From Octopus sinensis (Eukaryota): DNA of 64,000 nt. Position 1 is the stretch's first letter. Each line of letters begins with the position of its first letter. Below the pieces are notes generated by a model. It saw only the letters and a program-made list of their open reading frames with translations. It did no database searches and was not told the origin of the DNA. A program made the translations under genes and the position numbers. Shown one piece after another: positions 50,551-64,000 of this stretch. Location: positions 57,784,001-57,848,000 of the forward strand of contig NC_042998.1 in the NCBI RefSeq assembly GCF_006345805.1, written 5' to 3'.

Positions 50551-50821
50551 CCTCTCTCACACACGTGCGCGCGCGCATGTATTTAGAGAAAGATAGATGT
50601 GGCCGGTTCCCAGGGTTATCCAGGATTTCGTGTCCGTAAAGCGCTTAGTTTTACATACGTCTCGTCAGACCCTAATGGCCGGTGGCCCCTATATCTTAGA
50701 CTGTGCTTCTCTTTCGGATTTATGATGTATTGTCGATCGACACATACATACCGCGCCCCACCCCCATATATATATATATATATATACATACAAACACACA
50801 CACACACATATATATACATAT

Positions 50822-50901
<80 letters not shown>

Positions 50902-51174
50902 TATATATATTATATATATATATATATTAATTATTATTAAAAGTATTTATTTTTGCTCGTATATTTTGTCTTTTTGACTTCTTTCCTGGTGCTGTATGAA
51001 CTTTTAATGTGGTTTTAGAATCAAGTTTTGGCTGCTATTTCAAGCGTGGTGGTATTTCTTAGATAGCCTAAATGTAATTTTAATAATAATTATTACCTTT
51101 GAAAGTATTTATTCCCATGCTGACCACTTGATAAGCTCGATATTTAAATAACGATCTTATCCTTATTTATATAA

Positions 51175-51215
<41 letters not shown>

Positions 51216-51775
51216 CATATATGTGCGTATATTATATACACTCACACAGATATAAAAAATCTACAAATCACTATAAAGTAATTATACACTTGTATATACT
51301 GCTCATTAGAATGCTTTGTAACTAGAGAATAGTATGTAACCAGCTCTATTCATCAAATTTGCATTTGTGTGCTTATGCGTACATATTCTATTTGAAACAG
51401 GGAACGATAAACGCCCACGTACATAAACAGATACAAACAAACACACACACACACATACACATACATATCTCGCGCTGTTGATATCTACTAAAGCGTCCAC
51501 CACTGCCTTCATATTTCCAGATATTGTGTTTATAGTTTTCCTTAATTTTATGTCCACTTTGAAAAATTCTTCAATTTTGAGATCACCTCTCCTCATGTTC
51601 TCAACTGCTATTTTGTATTTGGGGAACAACACATAGTAGCAGAGATGATTTTAATAAATCGAAAGATTATGCTCTGTGCTATTTGATATACCTGTATTTG
51701 TTGTCTGTATTGTCTATATACACACCGCTGGTCACTCTATGTTATTTCCCTTCGCTTATTTTCTATAATATTTAT

Positions 51776-52090
51776 ATACGGGTTGGGACAGAGAGGACGT
51801 ATGTTTTTGAAAAATTCACAAAATCATAAAATTTTGCTGTAAACAAATCTTATTGACAACAATGTGTTCGTTTTGAATTAGCATTTGTCAAAATCAAGTA
51901 TGGAAAACAACATCCCTCATGTGGTGTCTGTTTTCATCAATGAACTTCTGAAGGCGTTCTTGGAAGTTGGCTTCCACTCTCTCCAGCATTGCTCTGTTGA
52001 TTTGGGTGACTTCCACGCGAATAGCTTCCTTCAAATCGGCCAATGTACGCGGCTGTTGTGCATACGCACGAGTCTTGAGATTTCTTACAT
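51776..52090 (-). mobile_element. Tc1/mariner-superfamily element right end with transposase C-terminus
   Basis: LKTRAYAQQPRTLADLKEAIRVEVTQINRAMLERVEANFQERLQKFIDENRHHMRDVVFHT*, typical of DDD-transposase C-termini; ends ...cccaacccg|TA. Confidence 0.7.
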
Positions 52091-52329
52091 ATATAACATA
52101 CATCCATACATCGATCTAAAACAGCAGGAATGCTAAAGGAAGGCCGGAGTTTAAGAGACGAGAAGACTAAAAGGTCTCATGCTATCCATCTAAAAATTCC
52201 TGAGTAGAACTTATTATTACTTCCACCTTTGAAACTATTTTGAATTTGTTATCGTTGGCTTGTATACGATAAGGATAAACTATTTATTACTGTAATTAAA
52301 TTTTCTAGTCACCTTCATATTCCATGATT

Positions 52330-52560
52330 ACAAGTGAGATCGATCAGGTATCGGACAAGGAGACTTGATTATTTTTCCGTTTCTTTTTTTTTTTCACTCA
52401 ACTTTTTGGAGCGATCGGGTTCATGTTTACTATTCTTGGTTGTGAGAGCAGTCGAGATTATTTCAGATATTCGCATTTTGAAAATCGTCTCTGGCTAATC
52501 GTTGGGATGACGTTGGTGTTGCCTTGGCGGTGGTTTGCGCTCTCAGAATGCTCTTGTTAT
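52330..52560 (-). mobile_element. Truncated Helentron/HINE-like non-autonomous element
   Basis: Starts taacaagagcattctgagagcgcaaaccaccgccaaggc in an (AAT) tract; family recalled from memory; 3' hairpin absent. Confidence 0.35.
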
Positions 52561-52957
52561 TATTATCATTGCTGTTGTTGTTGTTTTTGTTGTTGTTATT
52601 ACAATTTTTATTTGCATATCTATATAAAATTATATATAAAACTGCACAGATGCAATATGAATATATAAAATAACTATATAAAGTAAACAAATACGTGGAG
52701 TGTAGTTATAACAACACAACAACAGCAAGAGTACAATTACGTCATTTATTCTAATATTCTAAAGATAAACAGGTTTAATAAACAGGTGTAAGAAGGTCGT
52801 GTTGTCCTGGACGTATTAATATTCAATTTGATATTAATTTTTTGTTTTGTTTTTTGTGGATAAATTGTATTAATATTCAATTATCTCACTGATTGCTTGT
52901 AATCTCTGACTTCATCAGCTTCATCGTTACACATCATCACCACCATCGTCATCTTCG

Positions 52958-52993
<36 letters not shown>

Positions 52994-54030
52994 ACATCAT
53001 CATCATCATCGTCATCGTCGTCATCACCGTCATCATCATCATTGTTGTTGTCATCGATTCATCTTCATTACGCTCGTCGTCGTCATCGTTTTCGTTATCT
53101 TTATCACTAATATAATAATTAGCTATCAAGATGTGATTAATTAAGTGAAGATTAGCTAATAAATTATTAATATTTGAAAAGATAACGGTATGTATTTTTC
53201 CAATGATAAACTGGTCAAATAGTTATCGTGTATCAATGTAATGAGAGCAATTGCATTCTTCTTGACTTTAAATATAGCATATTTGTGTAAAATTAATATA
53301 ATAGCTCATTTATATGAATTAATATAAATTCTATATTTACTGATAAATTCTGATAAATCCGTGAAGAATTTTACGTGCAAATTATGGGAATATATATTCT
53401 TAGTGTTTGAACACTTCCCGTACTACTCCAATTTCTACATGATGGTTATATAAGCACTGAGAATTTTTAGGACATTCTTTATTATCAATTTATAAGACAT
53501 AAGGTGTCCACATATTTTAAGAGACGTCTGACGAAGCGAAAACATGATCAAGTCTAAAAATATTTAGAATATATCAAGAAATTATTTTTTCTGCTACGTT
53601 TATTAAAATCACCGATAATGTTTTTAATGTTACCGCAGCGAGGTCAGGACCTTTATTTACTTAATATTATCACATGGTTCATTTTATCTTGTTCACTGTT
53701 TCATTACATAGTAAACAAGGCAAGTGGCTTCCAATGCATACATACCTAGACACACCACGCGCGTGTGTATATGCGTGTGCGTGTGTGCGTATATATACAG
53801 TATATCATCTTCTATTCGAAGGTATTTCCTTACCAGGAAAGTGATTTGATCTGAGATTGTGTATTGGAAGCAAAACAATTACAACATAGAAGACACATAT
53901 TAGCCAATTGAAACAAACAAACGCACAGTTAACTAATCTCAGTGCAACTCCGTCAACGACCATGATGCAGTTAATGCGATTAAAATTTAAATAATAAATA
54001 TCTAATGAAGTTAAGTTTTTGTGTGTTTAT

Positions 54031-54336
54031 AAATGATGAATATAACTTCTTCACTATTCCAATGAAAATGTATCAATAATACCATATTTAACCCTGAACT
54101 CTTTCGTGAAGAAGATAGTAAATAACTTTTAGAGGAAAGCACTATTTACTGGTAAATTGTCCAACTATGTACGGCCGTCAAAAAATGATGAATATAACTT
54201 CTTCACTATTCCAATGAAAATGTACCAATAATACCATATTTAACCCTGAACTCTTTCGTGAAGAAGATAGTAAATAACTTTTAGAGGAAAGTACTATTTA
54301 CTGGTAAATTGTCCAACTATGTACGGCCGTCAAAAA
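54031..54336. repeat. 152-bp tandem duplication of unique-looking DNA
   Basis: 54034-54185 repeats at 54186-54337 with 2 substitutions. Confidence 0.95.
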
Positions 54337-56314
54337 ACTTATACAAAATCCATTATTTTCATTTATTGTTGGTTTACCATCTGTACTCTCACATCCAAAC
54401 TAATCAAGCTGAGTTACCTAATTAATTAAAAATATATCTCCGACACTGATGGAGGACAACAATTGCTTGCAAGGAGAGAATCCGCTACCTAACATATCAA
54501 AGCTTAGCGTTGTACCACGACTCCATCAACTTGCGCATAAATCCATTATAACAAACTATTTATAGCTGTATCTAGATTTAAATAAAGATTAAACTGTACT
54601 CTAAGAAAGTTTGAAGTTATTATAATGATGGGGACAGTTATTATATCAGCATTAACAACACCAAGACTATTGTGTCACTTCCATATAAATAGCTACCGTG
54701 ATTTTAAGCTGACATGATAATATTAGAATTCCATTAATATATATTGATATTTTCTTGAAATATAGCTATTTAAGCTTTCTATAGGATATTAAGTAGGCAT
54801 TTGTCATCACGATATGGGCTGTTTATAAGTTGGAGCAATATACAGGAAATATCATCCAATCCTTAAGAACTAGGAGGCTGTAACGATTATGAGTGCCACA
54901 CAAGTATTTCAATGTATGTGAAGCGTAATTACTTTAAACTGTAATATAAACCAGGTTGCATGTTGGGTCTAACGGTAGTGGAGTGCTACAACGCAAAAGT
55001 TTTATAGTTTGTATATACGGTAGCATAATCTTCCAAATAAATCCATATTTTCAAACATTAAATTCATATTTACCTCTATCATCAAATTTCTGGCTCAACA
55101 GATATCGTGCCAAACACTAATGCAAATATTACAAGTAGAGGTCAGTGAATTATAAGAGTTCTATAAATTTTCAGCCTGATGGACTTAGAAGCAAGAACAT
55201 TGATCGGTGTTAGAGTGCAGAAGAAATAAATATAGACTAAGTCGAATAATTCAAATCTTGGCAAGGTCGTTATTTGTTTTTACTTATTAATTTGTGTTGG
55301 TTTTATATACTATAGCAGCGTAGAATTGTAGCAGAGATTAGTCACAAATGCAAAACTATCAATGCAGTAAATAAAACAAAACAAAAACAACAAAAAACAG
55401 CTGTACATATCTAGAATGTATATGTGTGTGCGTACATTCATAGATATGCTCATATATAAACACTCATATATATACACATTTACAGGAAGCGGGTATGTAT
55501 GTATAGAAGTTTCGGCTTAACTGGTGTACTATTGCAACGTTACGCGCGCACACACACATACACACACACACACACACTCACATATTCACACGCACGCACT
55601 CTCACCCACATATATATACACACACGTGCACAAATACACACAGATACACACACATACATACGTATACATATACATATATAAGATCAGCTCTTCAATCGCC
55701 TTTCAGGGATCAAAAGTCATTTAAGATCACACGCTAGGAAAAAGCAATTACAGGTACAAGAAAAGATTAAACTCTGAAAGGAGCACACAGCCACTCACCT
55801 GTTGACGTGCAGGTACACGACAATTATTATGTGAAAACTCAACAATTAACGGCTGATGTTAACGCACAGAAACAATTGCAGTGATCTGAATTTAAGCCTG
55901 TTCAGTCCATCTTCTTGTAATATGGTGTGTGTGTGTGTGTGTACATACATACAAACATGCACACAACCCCCCCCCCCCCACACACACACACACGTATAAT
56001 TTTGTTCTGAGGTAAAGTTGTATAAGTCAATTAGTCTGTTGAGTAAAGCCCGTTCACGGGCTGGGCTAAACTGGTGTCATCTACAGTTGGAGTATATTTC
56101 TGCTGGATCTACTTCAGGAATTTTGCAGTGTTAGTTGAGATACTAATAAGTGATGGAGGAAACGGAAGATAAATTTGGGGCTAGTCTTTATACAGTATGT
56201 TGATCGTTTCGATACAACACAAATGATGCACAAAATCTTATCCATAACGAACAGTTTCATCGTACCAAGTAAAGACTTGTACCAAATCCATCTTCCATTT
56301 TCTTCATCCATTAT

Positions 56315-56367
<53 letters not shown>

Positions 56368-59058
56368 AGAGAGAGATAAAGAGAGGGGGGATCTTCTCAA
56401 AAGATTGTATCAACAACGTGAAAATAGTAAGCACCAGTTGCAACGGTAGCAAAAGCAATGAACAAAAAGGACATAAAACATATTTATGACGTTTAAAGAC
56501 ATAGCCGTCGGCCATCGGTTACCGATTTAATTGACATCAAGCCAGGCATTTTTATGATAAGTTTTGAGATGAATTGATTCTAGTACAGAGTTTGCATTTA
56601 TTCTATCTGCCGTCTCCATGAAAAGGAATATATGTGTGTACGTATGTATGTATGTATGTATGTATGCATGTATGTATGTATGTATGTATGTATGTATGTA
56701 TGTATGTATGTATGTATGTATGCATGCATATAGTCCATAGATGAGAATCGAATATTCTCCGTATAGAATACACTTAGTAGTGCTCAAGAAGTTTAAACTT
56801 GAGCAGGTAAAGGAGTAAATGTAAGGACAAGCAAGTTAGGCAGGTCAATACATAAGAGATCTTACATGTGTGGTGTCGACAGAAATTCGCCAATACTTCA
56901 AACGTAAGATCTCTTTTCTGAAGACGAAGGCTCGTCTCTTCCGACGATGGAACCAATCTATAAACATTACTTTGGAACACCGAGCCCCAGAAACAGCTGT
57001 TGAATTTGTAATACTTTTCCTCGACCCTTTTAATTTTTGATATCATTTCTATTCTGTGTAAGTAAGACCTTTCTGTAATATAAACAAACATACATTGTTT
57101 TGTATTTCATGTATATAATATACTTTGTATATTGACTTGCCTCACAATGAATGTACGTACGTATGTAAGTATGTATGTGTGTATGTATGTATGTATGTAT
57201 GTATGTATGTATGTATGTATGTATGTATGTATGTATGCATGCATGTATATCACAACAACTCTGGGTCTTGCTGAATCCTTGAACTTGATACAAAAAGCTT
57301 TGGATATTCCTTAACTGTAAAAAATGTATGGAGTTATCTAAATATAAATTTGTATAGACGATATATGTGACTGAAAACTTAGCATTGGGAATTTCTTTAT
57401 GATATAAACTTGATGTATTGCTATTAAATTATTGAACAGGAGGATCAGCAGTAACAGGGCTTCCGTTATTGTAATTACTTCACAGAAATAGTTTTAGATA
57501 TATATGTCTTGCATTTCATGTATAATTTTTACATAAACAGATTCAAACAAAAAACTACAAAAACATCTAGTTTGTATACGTCGGAAAAAAAATAAAAGTT
57601 ATTTTTACTGACAAAAGATTGCTAGCGGCTTCGAAATTTCGCCAGCGAACGATTTTTGTCAGATTGTTAATGACGTTGTTGAGGGTAGCAGTTATATGCA
57701 TAATTCTGTTACCTGAGTGAAGTGTAATTAGATGCTTGCTGACATATGAATCGAAATAAGGACCAGTGGATCGTGTAAGAATGAAATACTGAACTTGAAA
57801 CATCCATACGTACATAACACATACATGCATATATGTGTGTCTGTCTGTTTGTGTATGTATGTATGTATGTATGTATTTATGTATGTATGTACGTATGTAT
57901 GTATGGGCCTTATTCTTTATTGAAGCTGGACCATTGCGGGATGAAAAAAGGAATATTTTAGATATTAGTGACGCACTGAGAGTTGGAATGGTGATATGTT
58001 AAAGATTAGGGTAAAGCAGAAATGGTATTGAATTTCTAAGTCAAATGATATTTATTGCTGTTTAAATTCAATTTGTGTTGGCCGAAATCACTTATGCATG
58101 GAACTAGGTGAGTGTAGAAATGTTTCCACTCCATTAGCTACTTTACACTTTAAAAGACACACTTAAACCCCTCCACACACACACTCTAGCTGAAAATGTA
58201 ATAAATATTATAAGTTAATTAATGAACAAAACATCAAGTTGTCAAATACTGCGACTAATATCTTCGGACAAACAATAGCCAAATCTAAGCCTGAAAAATC
58301 ACCCAAATCTAACAATGAAAATCACACAACAGTTTTAACCAACCGTAGCTGCAATAATCTATCATCTTGCTCTGAAAAGGGAAAGTAGAATACTGTTGAT
58401 ATAGTGTACAACATAACCATACCAACCAATAAGACAACTAGTTCGTCACCGATATGTTTGATAACTAAGCTGTTTCAAACAATATATTTGCATATTGACT
58501 TTAAAGTGAAGAAATACACACCTCAATATTCTTCGGAAAACATTAATTTTCGACTAGATTCACGAAGCCAATAACACACCATGTCACATATATATTTCCA
58601 AACTTTTCGAAATGATCTCGTAAACAGATTCAACTGTAACACTAAACTGGTTTCGTAAAGCAAACATAAAACTCTTCAACACAGTAAGATATTTTACACG
58701 TATCACATGCCAAAACGGGGAATAGTGAAGCCTACCAACATCCTCGTAAGTACGTTTACATGCCATTTTTATTCAAGTAATGTACACAAACACCTCTCAC
58801 TTATGTCCCCGTCTTCACCGATCTAATTCAACTCCACTTGTTACTTTTAAATGTCATCAGTAAAACTAATGTCCTGTTTTATTTCGACAAATGGCGTTGT
58901 TAATTTATTATACTAATATTACAGTTTTGTTTACACCATGATTATTTTAAGCCGACACTGTTTATATTGAATTAAATTGAATTCGATTACGCTTACTGTA
59001 ATTTCTCAGTTTTATGTATGTTAGTCTATATTGTGGGGTTGTGTATTATTTGATTGTC

Positions 59059-59492
59059 TCCTCTTTTACTCTTTTACTTGTTTCAGTCATTTGACTGTGG
59101 CCATGCTGGAGCACCGCCTTTAGTCGAGCAAATCGACCCCAGGACTTATTCTTTGTAAGCCTAGTACTTATTCTATCGGTCTCTTTTGCCGAACCGCTAG
59201 GTTACTGGGACCTAAACACACCAGTATCGGTTGTCAAGCGATGTTGGGGGGGGGGGACAAACACAGACACACAGACACACACACACACACATATATATAT
59301 GTACATATATACAAATATACATATATACGACGGGCTTCTTTCTGTTTCCATTTACCAAATCCACTCACAAGGCTTTGGTCGGCCCGAGGCTATATAGTAG
59401 AAGATACTTGCCCAAGGTGTCACGCAGTGGTACTCAACTCGGAACGATGTAGTTCGTAAGCAAGCTACTTACCACACAGCCGCTCCTACGTC
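59059..59492 (-). mobile_element. Family B SINE, full length, young
   Basis: Near-consensus reverse complement from cttttactcttttacttgtttc to ccacacagccgctcctacg. Confidence 0.92.
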
Positions 59493-59644
59493 TACATTTG
59501 TATATTCTCATATATGTGTAATCTAGATGAAAAGACAAAGACTGAACGTAGCACAACTTTATTTCTTGTTACAATTGCTTTAGTATGCACGAGCATGTAT
59601 GCATAGCGTTCAATTTTTTGTTGAACAACTTGCACGAAAGATAT

Positions 59645-59872
59645 TTTTTTAGTGACCAAATGTTCGTGCCGCACATTAGCCGATCCTCTCCATCAAATAA
59701 ACGTTGTCTGAACAGGTGTATGATGTACCATATGTCAGGTGCCGAAGTGACTGCAGAGCAACGTGAGATGAAGTGTTTTGCTCAAGAACACAACGCAGCA
59801 CCCGGGCTGGAAATTAAAATCACGATCGTTAGATAATGAGTGCAACGCCCTATAGACTAAGCCATACGACTT
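59645..59872 (-). mobile_element. Family D SINE, degenerate
   Basis: gagcaacgtgagatgaagtgttttgctcaagaacacaacgc. Confidence 0.7.
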
Positions 59873-60458
59873 CACACACAGACACACACACACACACAAA
59901 GCTTTAGATATAGTGGAATATCTGATTGGAATTTCATATATTCTATGCGTATGAAGATAGTAATGCCCATATATGTGCTTTTGCATGCGTGTGTATAAGA
60001 GTATTTATATGTCCATATACACATATATATACATATGTATACATACAAATGATGACTCTCAGAGTATGTAGTTATATGCATGTGTTGTGGGCATGTGCTT
60101 TCACGTATGTTCTACAGCACAGAAATAATTGTATTTGATTTGCAGTGTATTGTTCTAAAATGTAAATATTTGCATTAGTATTTATCTAAGAAGCGTTTTC
60201 GTATTAATGACGTTCTTGCAAGAGACCTTGTTCAACTCTAACTTTTTAAGCCCTAGCTTTGCTCTACACATAATTGATTTTGGTCAGTAAATATTCTCTT
60301 GTTATTGAATTTAAAAGATAATGAATTCCGTTCACTGATAAAATTTAATGGCACCTGTATATTGGCTTAATTTGCCTACTTTATAACGCTAACCGTAAAT
60401 TCTCTCCCCAACACATAAAATGCATTAGATTTTCCCCATTAGAAACTGCACTGCTTAT

Positions 60459-60476
60459 AATAATAATAATAATAAC

Positions 60477-60547
<71 letters not shown>

Positions 60548-60548
60548 G

Positions 60549-60593
<45 letters not shown>

Positions 60594-60622
60594 ACTACTA
60601 CTACTATACTACTAATACTAAT

Positions 60623-60653
<31 letters not shown>

Positions 60654-60660
60654 TAATAAT
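60459..60660. repeat. Compound (AAT)n/(ACT)n microsatellite, ~200 bp
   Basis: Seen directly. Confidence 0.97.
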
Positions 60661-60664
60661 CTCC

Positions 60665-61110
60665 TGGTGTAAAGTTTTAGCACCAGTAGATCATAAATAA
60701 AGGCATGGCAGGGTTGACCAGTTTCCCCACTGATTGATATGTCGGCATTATAAAATCAAAATTTGTAGACAAGTGGTATAATCACCTGAGGGAGAAAAAT
60801 GTATAGAATATTTGGGGTTTTCCTGCAAATTATTTGAGAACTATCCCTAGCCTACCACCCCTGCAAGAAATGCAGAAAACTGTTTCAAGAGATACCTCAC
60901 GGGTATTGAGTAGAATATTGTCGCTGTGAGAATAGCATCCTTCCATGCAAATATAATTTTAGTTATAACTTTATTTGATTTTGTAAATGAACGATCTGGT
61001 ATTTTTATTTCAATGCCGTATGAACGTATATAGTGAATTCCTCTACTCTAAGTGTCGAGAAGACACTCGGTGGAAATGGAAACAAAACTGAAAGAATAAA
61101 ACAAATAATG
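60665..61110 (+). mobile_element. R4/Dong-type LINE 3' fragment bounded by (AAT)n
   Basis: KVLAPVDHK*RHGRVDQFPH*LICRHYKIK resembles the LAxxxYKxRHDxVxxxIHWxLC motif preceding the RLE domain; ends ctcggtggaaatggaaacaaaactgaaag(aat)n. Confidence 0.6.
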
Positions 61111-62396
61111 ATAATGATAATACTCAGAATACGTTTACATTTTTAGTCCAGCTTTAGAAATACTTAAATTTATTCCAGCTTATCTGTTTACCGTTGTGTT
61201 TTATACAAAATAAATGTCATTTAAAAACGAAAAGGGACAAATATGCAACTTAAAATATCCACTAATGTGCAGGTATAATTTATTTCTGCGATGCGTTATA
61301 TAGCAGGTGAACTGTGCCAATGATTGAGGAAGACAGTTACGTACATCATCTATTAAGATCGGACAAAAACCTGCAAAAAACGGCCCGTGGGGAAAATCTC
61401 TTCATATATTCACACATCAATAACATATACAAAGTGTGTTTATATTCTTATTTAGTCATCACCGAAAATATTAAGCTTATTTAATAATATAAACATTGAT
61501 CATGATAGCAAACTACTTTTTATGTATTGTAGCATAAACAAATGGAGGAAGACAGCTCAGCTGAACGTCAAATTCTTTTTCCACAAATATTTCATAAATT
61601 TCTTTTATCAGTTGAATGCCATGCACAATTACATACATTTCTTCTGGTCATCAATAATAAAAGAATAAACAACGTTTGGTACATGATTGGCAGACCTACA
61701 GTCTTTCAGGTGACGATAATCTATAATTAGCTTGTTTTGATTCATGTATCATTGAATGCCTAGAAAAGCCGTCTTTAGAAAAATAACTTGTGTTAAAAGT
61801 TGAAGAAGAGATAACTAATATTTATTGTGGTCTCCCTTCGCGATTTCTTATTCTGGCGTCAAGCAAAGAAAGCTTATCTTATGTATTCAGCGAAAGCTAA
61901 GCTTATTTTGAGCTTCGGGAAGAAATTTTTCTCTTTCTCTCTCTCTCTCACACACACAGATACATTTACACACGTAGTTGTCCTGGAAATCTTTATTTTA
62001 ATAAAAGATTTTATTTAACAAAAACTGGCTATTTAGTATCATCAGTGACATCTGTATAAGTACGTTATCTTTACACAATTTCTTCATTTGAAAAATTACT
62101 TCTGTTCCTTTGTTCGCAAAATATATCTTGCCAACAATTCATTTATCCATAAGAGATTATTTTTAAATCGTAAATTAACATTTGTGACATATATATTTTT
62201 TAAATTACTAAAATATATGAAGATAATTATTTATATGTGTCCAATACACACATGCATACAGACTCTTAAATAACAAACGACCTGTGTGGGAAATGAAATG
62301 AAAACAACCTCTCAAAGCATAGGCTTTCTAATAAATTACTTAGTCTTTCTTGTGAGTTTCTTATTTACTGTGAGTTGTACAACCTCCCCACACACA

Positions 62397-62556
62397 CAGG
62401 AGTGGCTGTGTGGTACGTAGCTTGCTTACCAATCACATAGTTCCGGGTTCAGTACCACTGCGTGGCACCTTGGGCAGGTGTCTTCTACTATAGCCTCAGG
62501 CCGATCAAAGCCTTGTGAGTGGATTTGGTAGACGGAAACTGAAAGAAGACCGTCGG
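62397..62556 (+). mobile_element. Family B SINE 5' half
   Basis: ggagtggctgtgtggtacgtagc...gaaagaagaccgtcg, then long microsatellite. Confidence 0.88.
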
Positions 62557-62560
62557 ATAA

Positions 62561-62621
<61 letters not shown>

Positions 62622-62649
62622 GTGTGTCTGTGTGTCTGTGTATACATAC

Positions 62650-62680
<31 letters not shown>

Positions 62681-62699
62681 ATATATATATATATATATC

Positions 62700-62738
<39 letters not shown>

Positions 62739-62764
62739 CTGTGTGTGTGTCTGTGTATACATAC

Positions 62765-62801
<37 letters not shown>

Positions 62802-62879
62802 AATATATATATATATGCATATACATATATACATATATATATATACATACATACATATATATATATAAAAGAAATGGAT

Positions 62880-63400
62880 AAAATTTTAGGTACAAATACT
62901 TTTACTTAAAGGCATTCAAACTTTTACATACAAATTCTCACCTACACCTGTTTCCATACACAATAAAAATAGGTCTGCTTTCACTAGTCTTAGTAAATTT
63001 ATTTGCAATTTAACAGATAACAAAAAATAAGACGTTTTTCGGTAGTGGGAAATGTTAAGCAGGGTTATCTATGAATACTAAGATAGAAATGGTATTGTCT
63101 TGCGTCCATCCTTCAAATTGGACATTTAGGAACTATATGCTGATTTTCTGTAGGTTTAATCTGGCAATATGTGGGGTCTGTTTGTGTTTACTTGATACGT
63201 ATAGACCGTGTGTTTGCGTAAACATTGATTGACGTAGCAATTTTGGATGGCGTTGAGTGGAGTTTGATATGATATATTTAGGCATATGCTCGGCGAATTG
63301 TCGTGTCTAGCTGCTCTCTCGATAATGTCTATATCTTAACTACCATAACACCATCAATGTACTATTGTGTATCATATTGACACAAGCAAGATGTTTTGAA
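62880..63400 (-). mobile_element. Possible decayed Penelope GIY-YIG endonuclease region
   Basis: NKFTKTSESRPIFIVYGNRCR*EFV loosely resembles FTCxSxNxIYxIxCxxCxxxYIG; A/C-rich minus strand ending in (TA)n. Confidence 0.35.
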
Positions 63401-63882
63401 TGTGTTTATTTTGGTATATATGTGGCACTGACGGTTTCTACGGAACGCTTGCGTTAAGAAAAAAAAACACTTCTAAGTTAGTTGTAGATTAGACTATACG
63501 TTGTTAAATGACATCCTATTAAATTCTCCCCGAGGATATAACTAATTCAATGATTTTGAATATGAAATTTTATTTCTGAAATTAAAGAATTGGGTATTGA
63601 AACAGCTATAGGTAGGATTTTGTATGTATGAATTTGAACGTCTTTAAATAAAAACATTTGTAAATAATTTTTTATCCATTTTCTTCATTTTCTTATTCTT
63701 AAAGGCTTGTTTAAATATCTATACGTTTCGGTGATAAATTAATATAGTTGGTTTTCTCTGAACGCTGGTATAAGCCGGTGAAATAGGATGCTCGCATCCC
63801 TTAAGGGGCTTTAGTTCCTTGACTAATTAAATGAAATTGAATTATATACATACATACATGCATATATATATATATATACATA

Positions 63883-64000
63883 CGTAGTCTGATCAATAAA
63901 TATCCGGGCTGTTGACATAGTGTACCCTGCTGTGCATGCGCAATAAGTTTTAACAGTCTGGCTCACTTCAACTGTTTACTGCAGTGCTTAGAAGGAAGGT
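63883..64000 (+). mobile_element. Mariner-like element left end, cut by the window edge
   Basis: TA|CGTAGTCTGATCAATAAATATCCGG resembles mariner TIRs; partner lies outside the window. Confidence 0.55.

Noticed and set aside
51480-51632. Minus frame ENMRRGDLKIEEFFKVDIKLRKTINTISGNMKAVVDALVDI
   Set aside because: No recognisable family, no good donor site, and it runs into a microsatellite; compatible with chance.
53528-53545. CTGACGA-agc-GAAA as a hammerhead
   Set aside because: No stem II, I or III can form.
56843-57040. Open frame ...CVVSTEIRQYFKRKISFLK..., reminiscent of family B GPCR helix 8
   Set aside because: The preceding residues are not a hydrophobic TM7 and the splice acceptor is poor. 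Open frames of ~65 codons are expected dozens of times by chance in 64 kb of this composition.
58192-58389. 65-codon plus-strand open frame (KCNKYYKLINEQ...SEKGK*)
   Set aside because: No start, splice or domain evidence; the length is within chance expectation.

Overview
AT-rich (roughly 30-35% GC by eye), microsatellite-saturated eukaryotic DNA with no protein-coding gene I can support, so it is probably intergenic or deep intronic. The SINE repertoire and repeat landscape look like an octopus (coleoid cephalopod) genome; this is recognition from memory, not a database result. Nearly all listed ORFs are translations of simple repeats. The window consists of: (i) several tRNA-headed SINE families (more than 40 copies, including a dense head-to-tail array at 0.5-3.4 kb); (ii) 3' fragments of CR1-type LINEs and remnants of R4/Dong-type and RTE-type LINEs; (iii) mariner/Tc1 and hAT derivatives plus a near-perfect 248-bp foldback element; (iv) many Penelope-like element (PLE) termini embedded in (TA)n, several forming palindromes; and (v) three local duplications. 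The most interesting signal is a set of type I hammerhead-ribozyme motifs that can be folded by hand in at least five sequence contexts. These include a back-to-back pair on opposite strands of a 171-bp-arm palindrome (14149-14495). Next to it is an unusually AT-shifted PLE-like element with intact 74-bp inverted termini and retained CpGs, which may record a RIP-like mutational process (unproven). Coordinates of degenerate repeats are approximate (about +/-10-20 bp).
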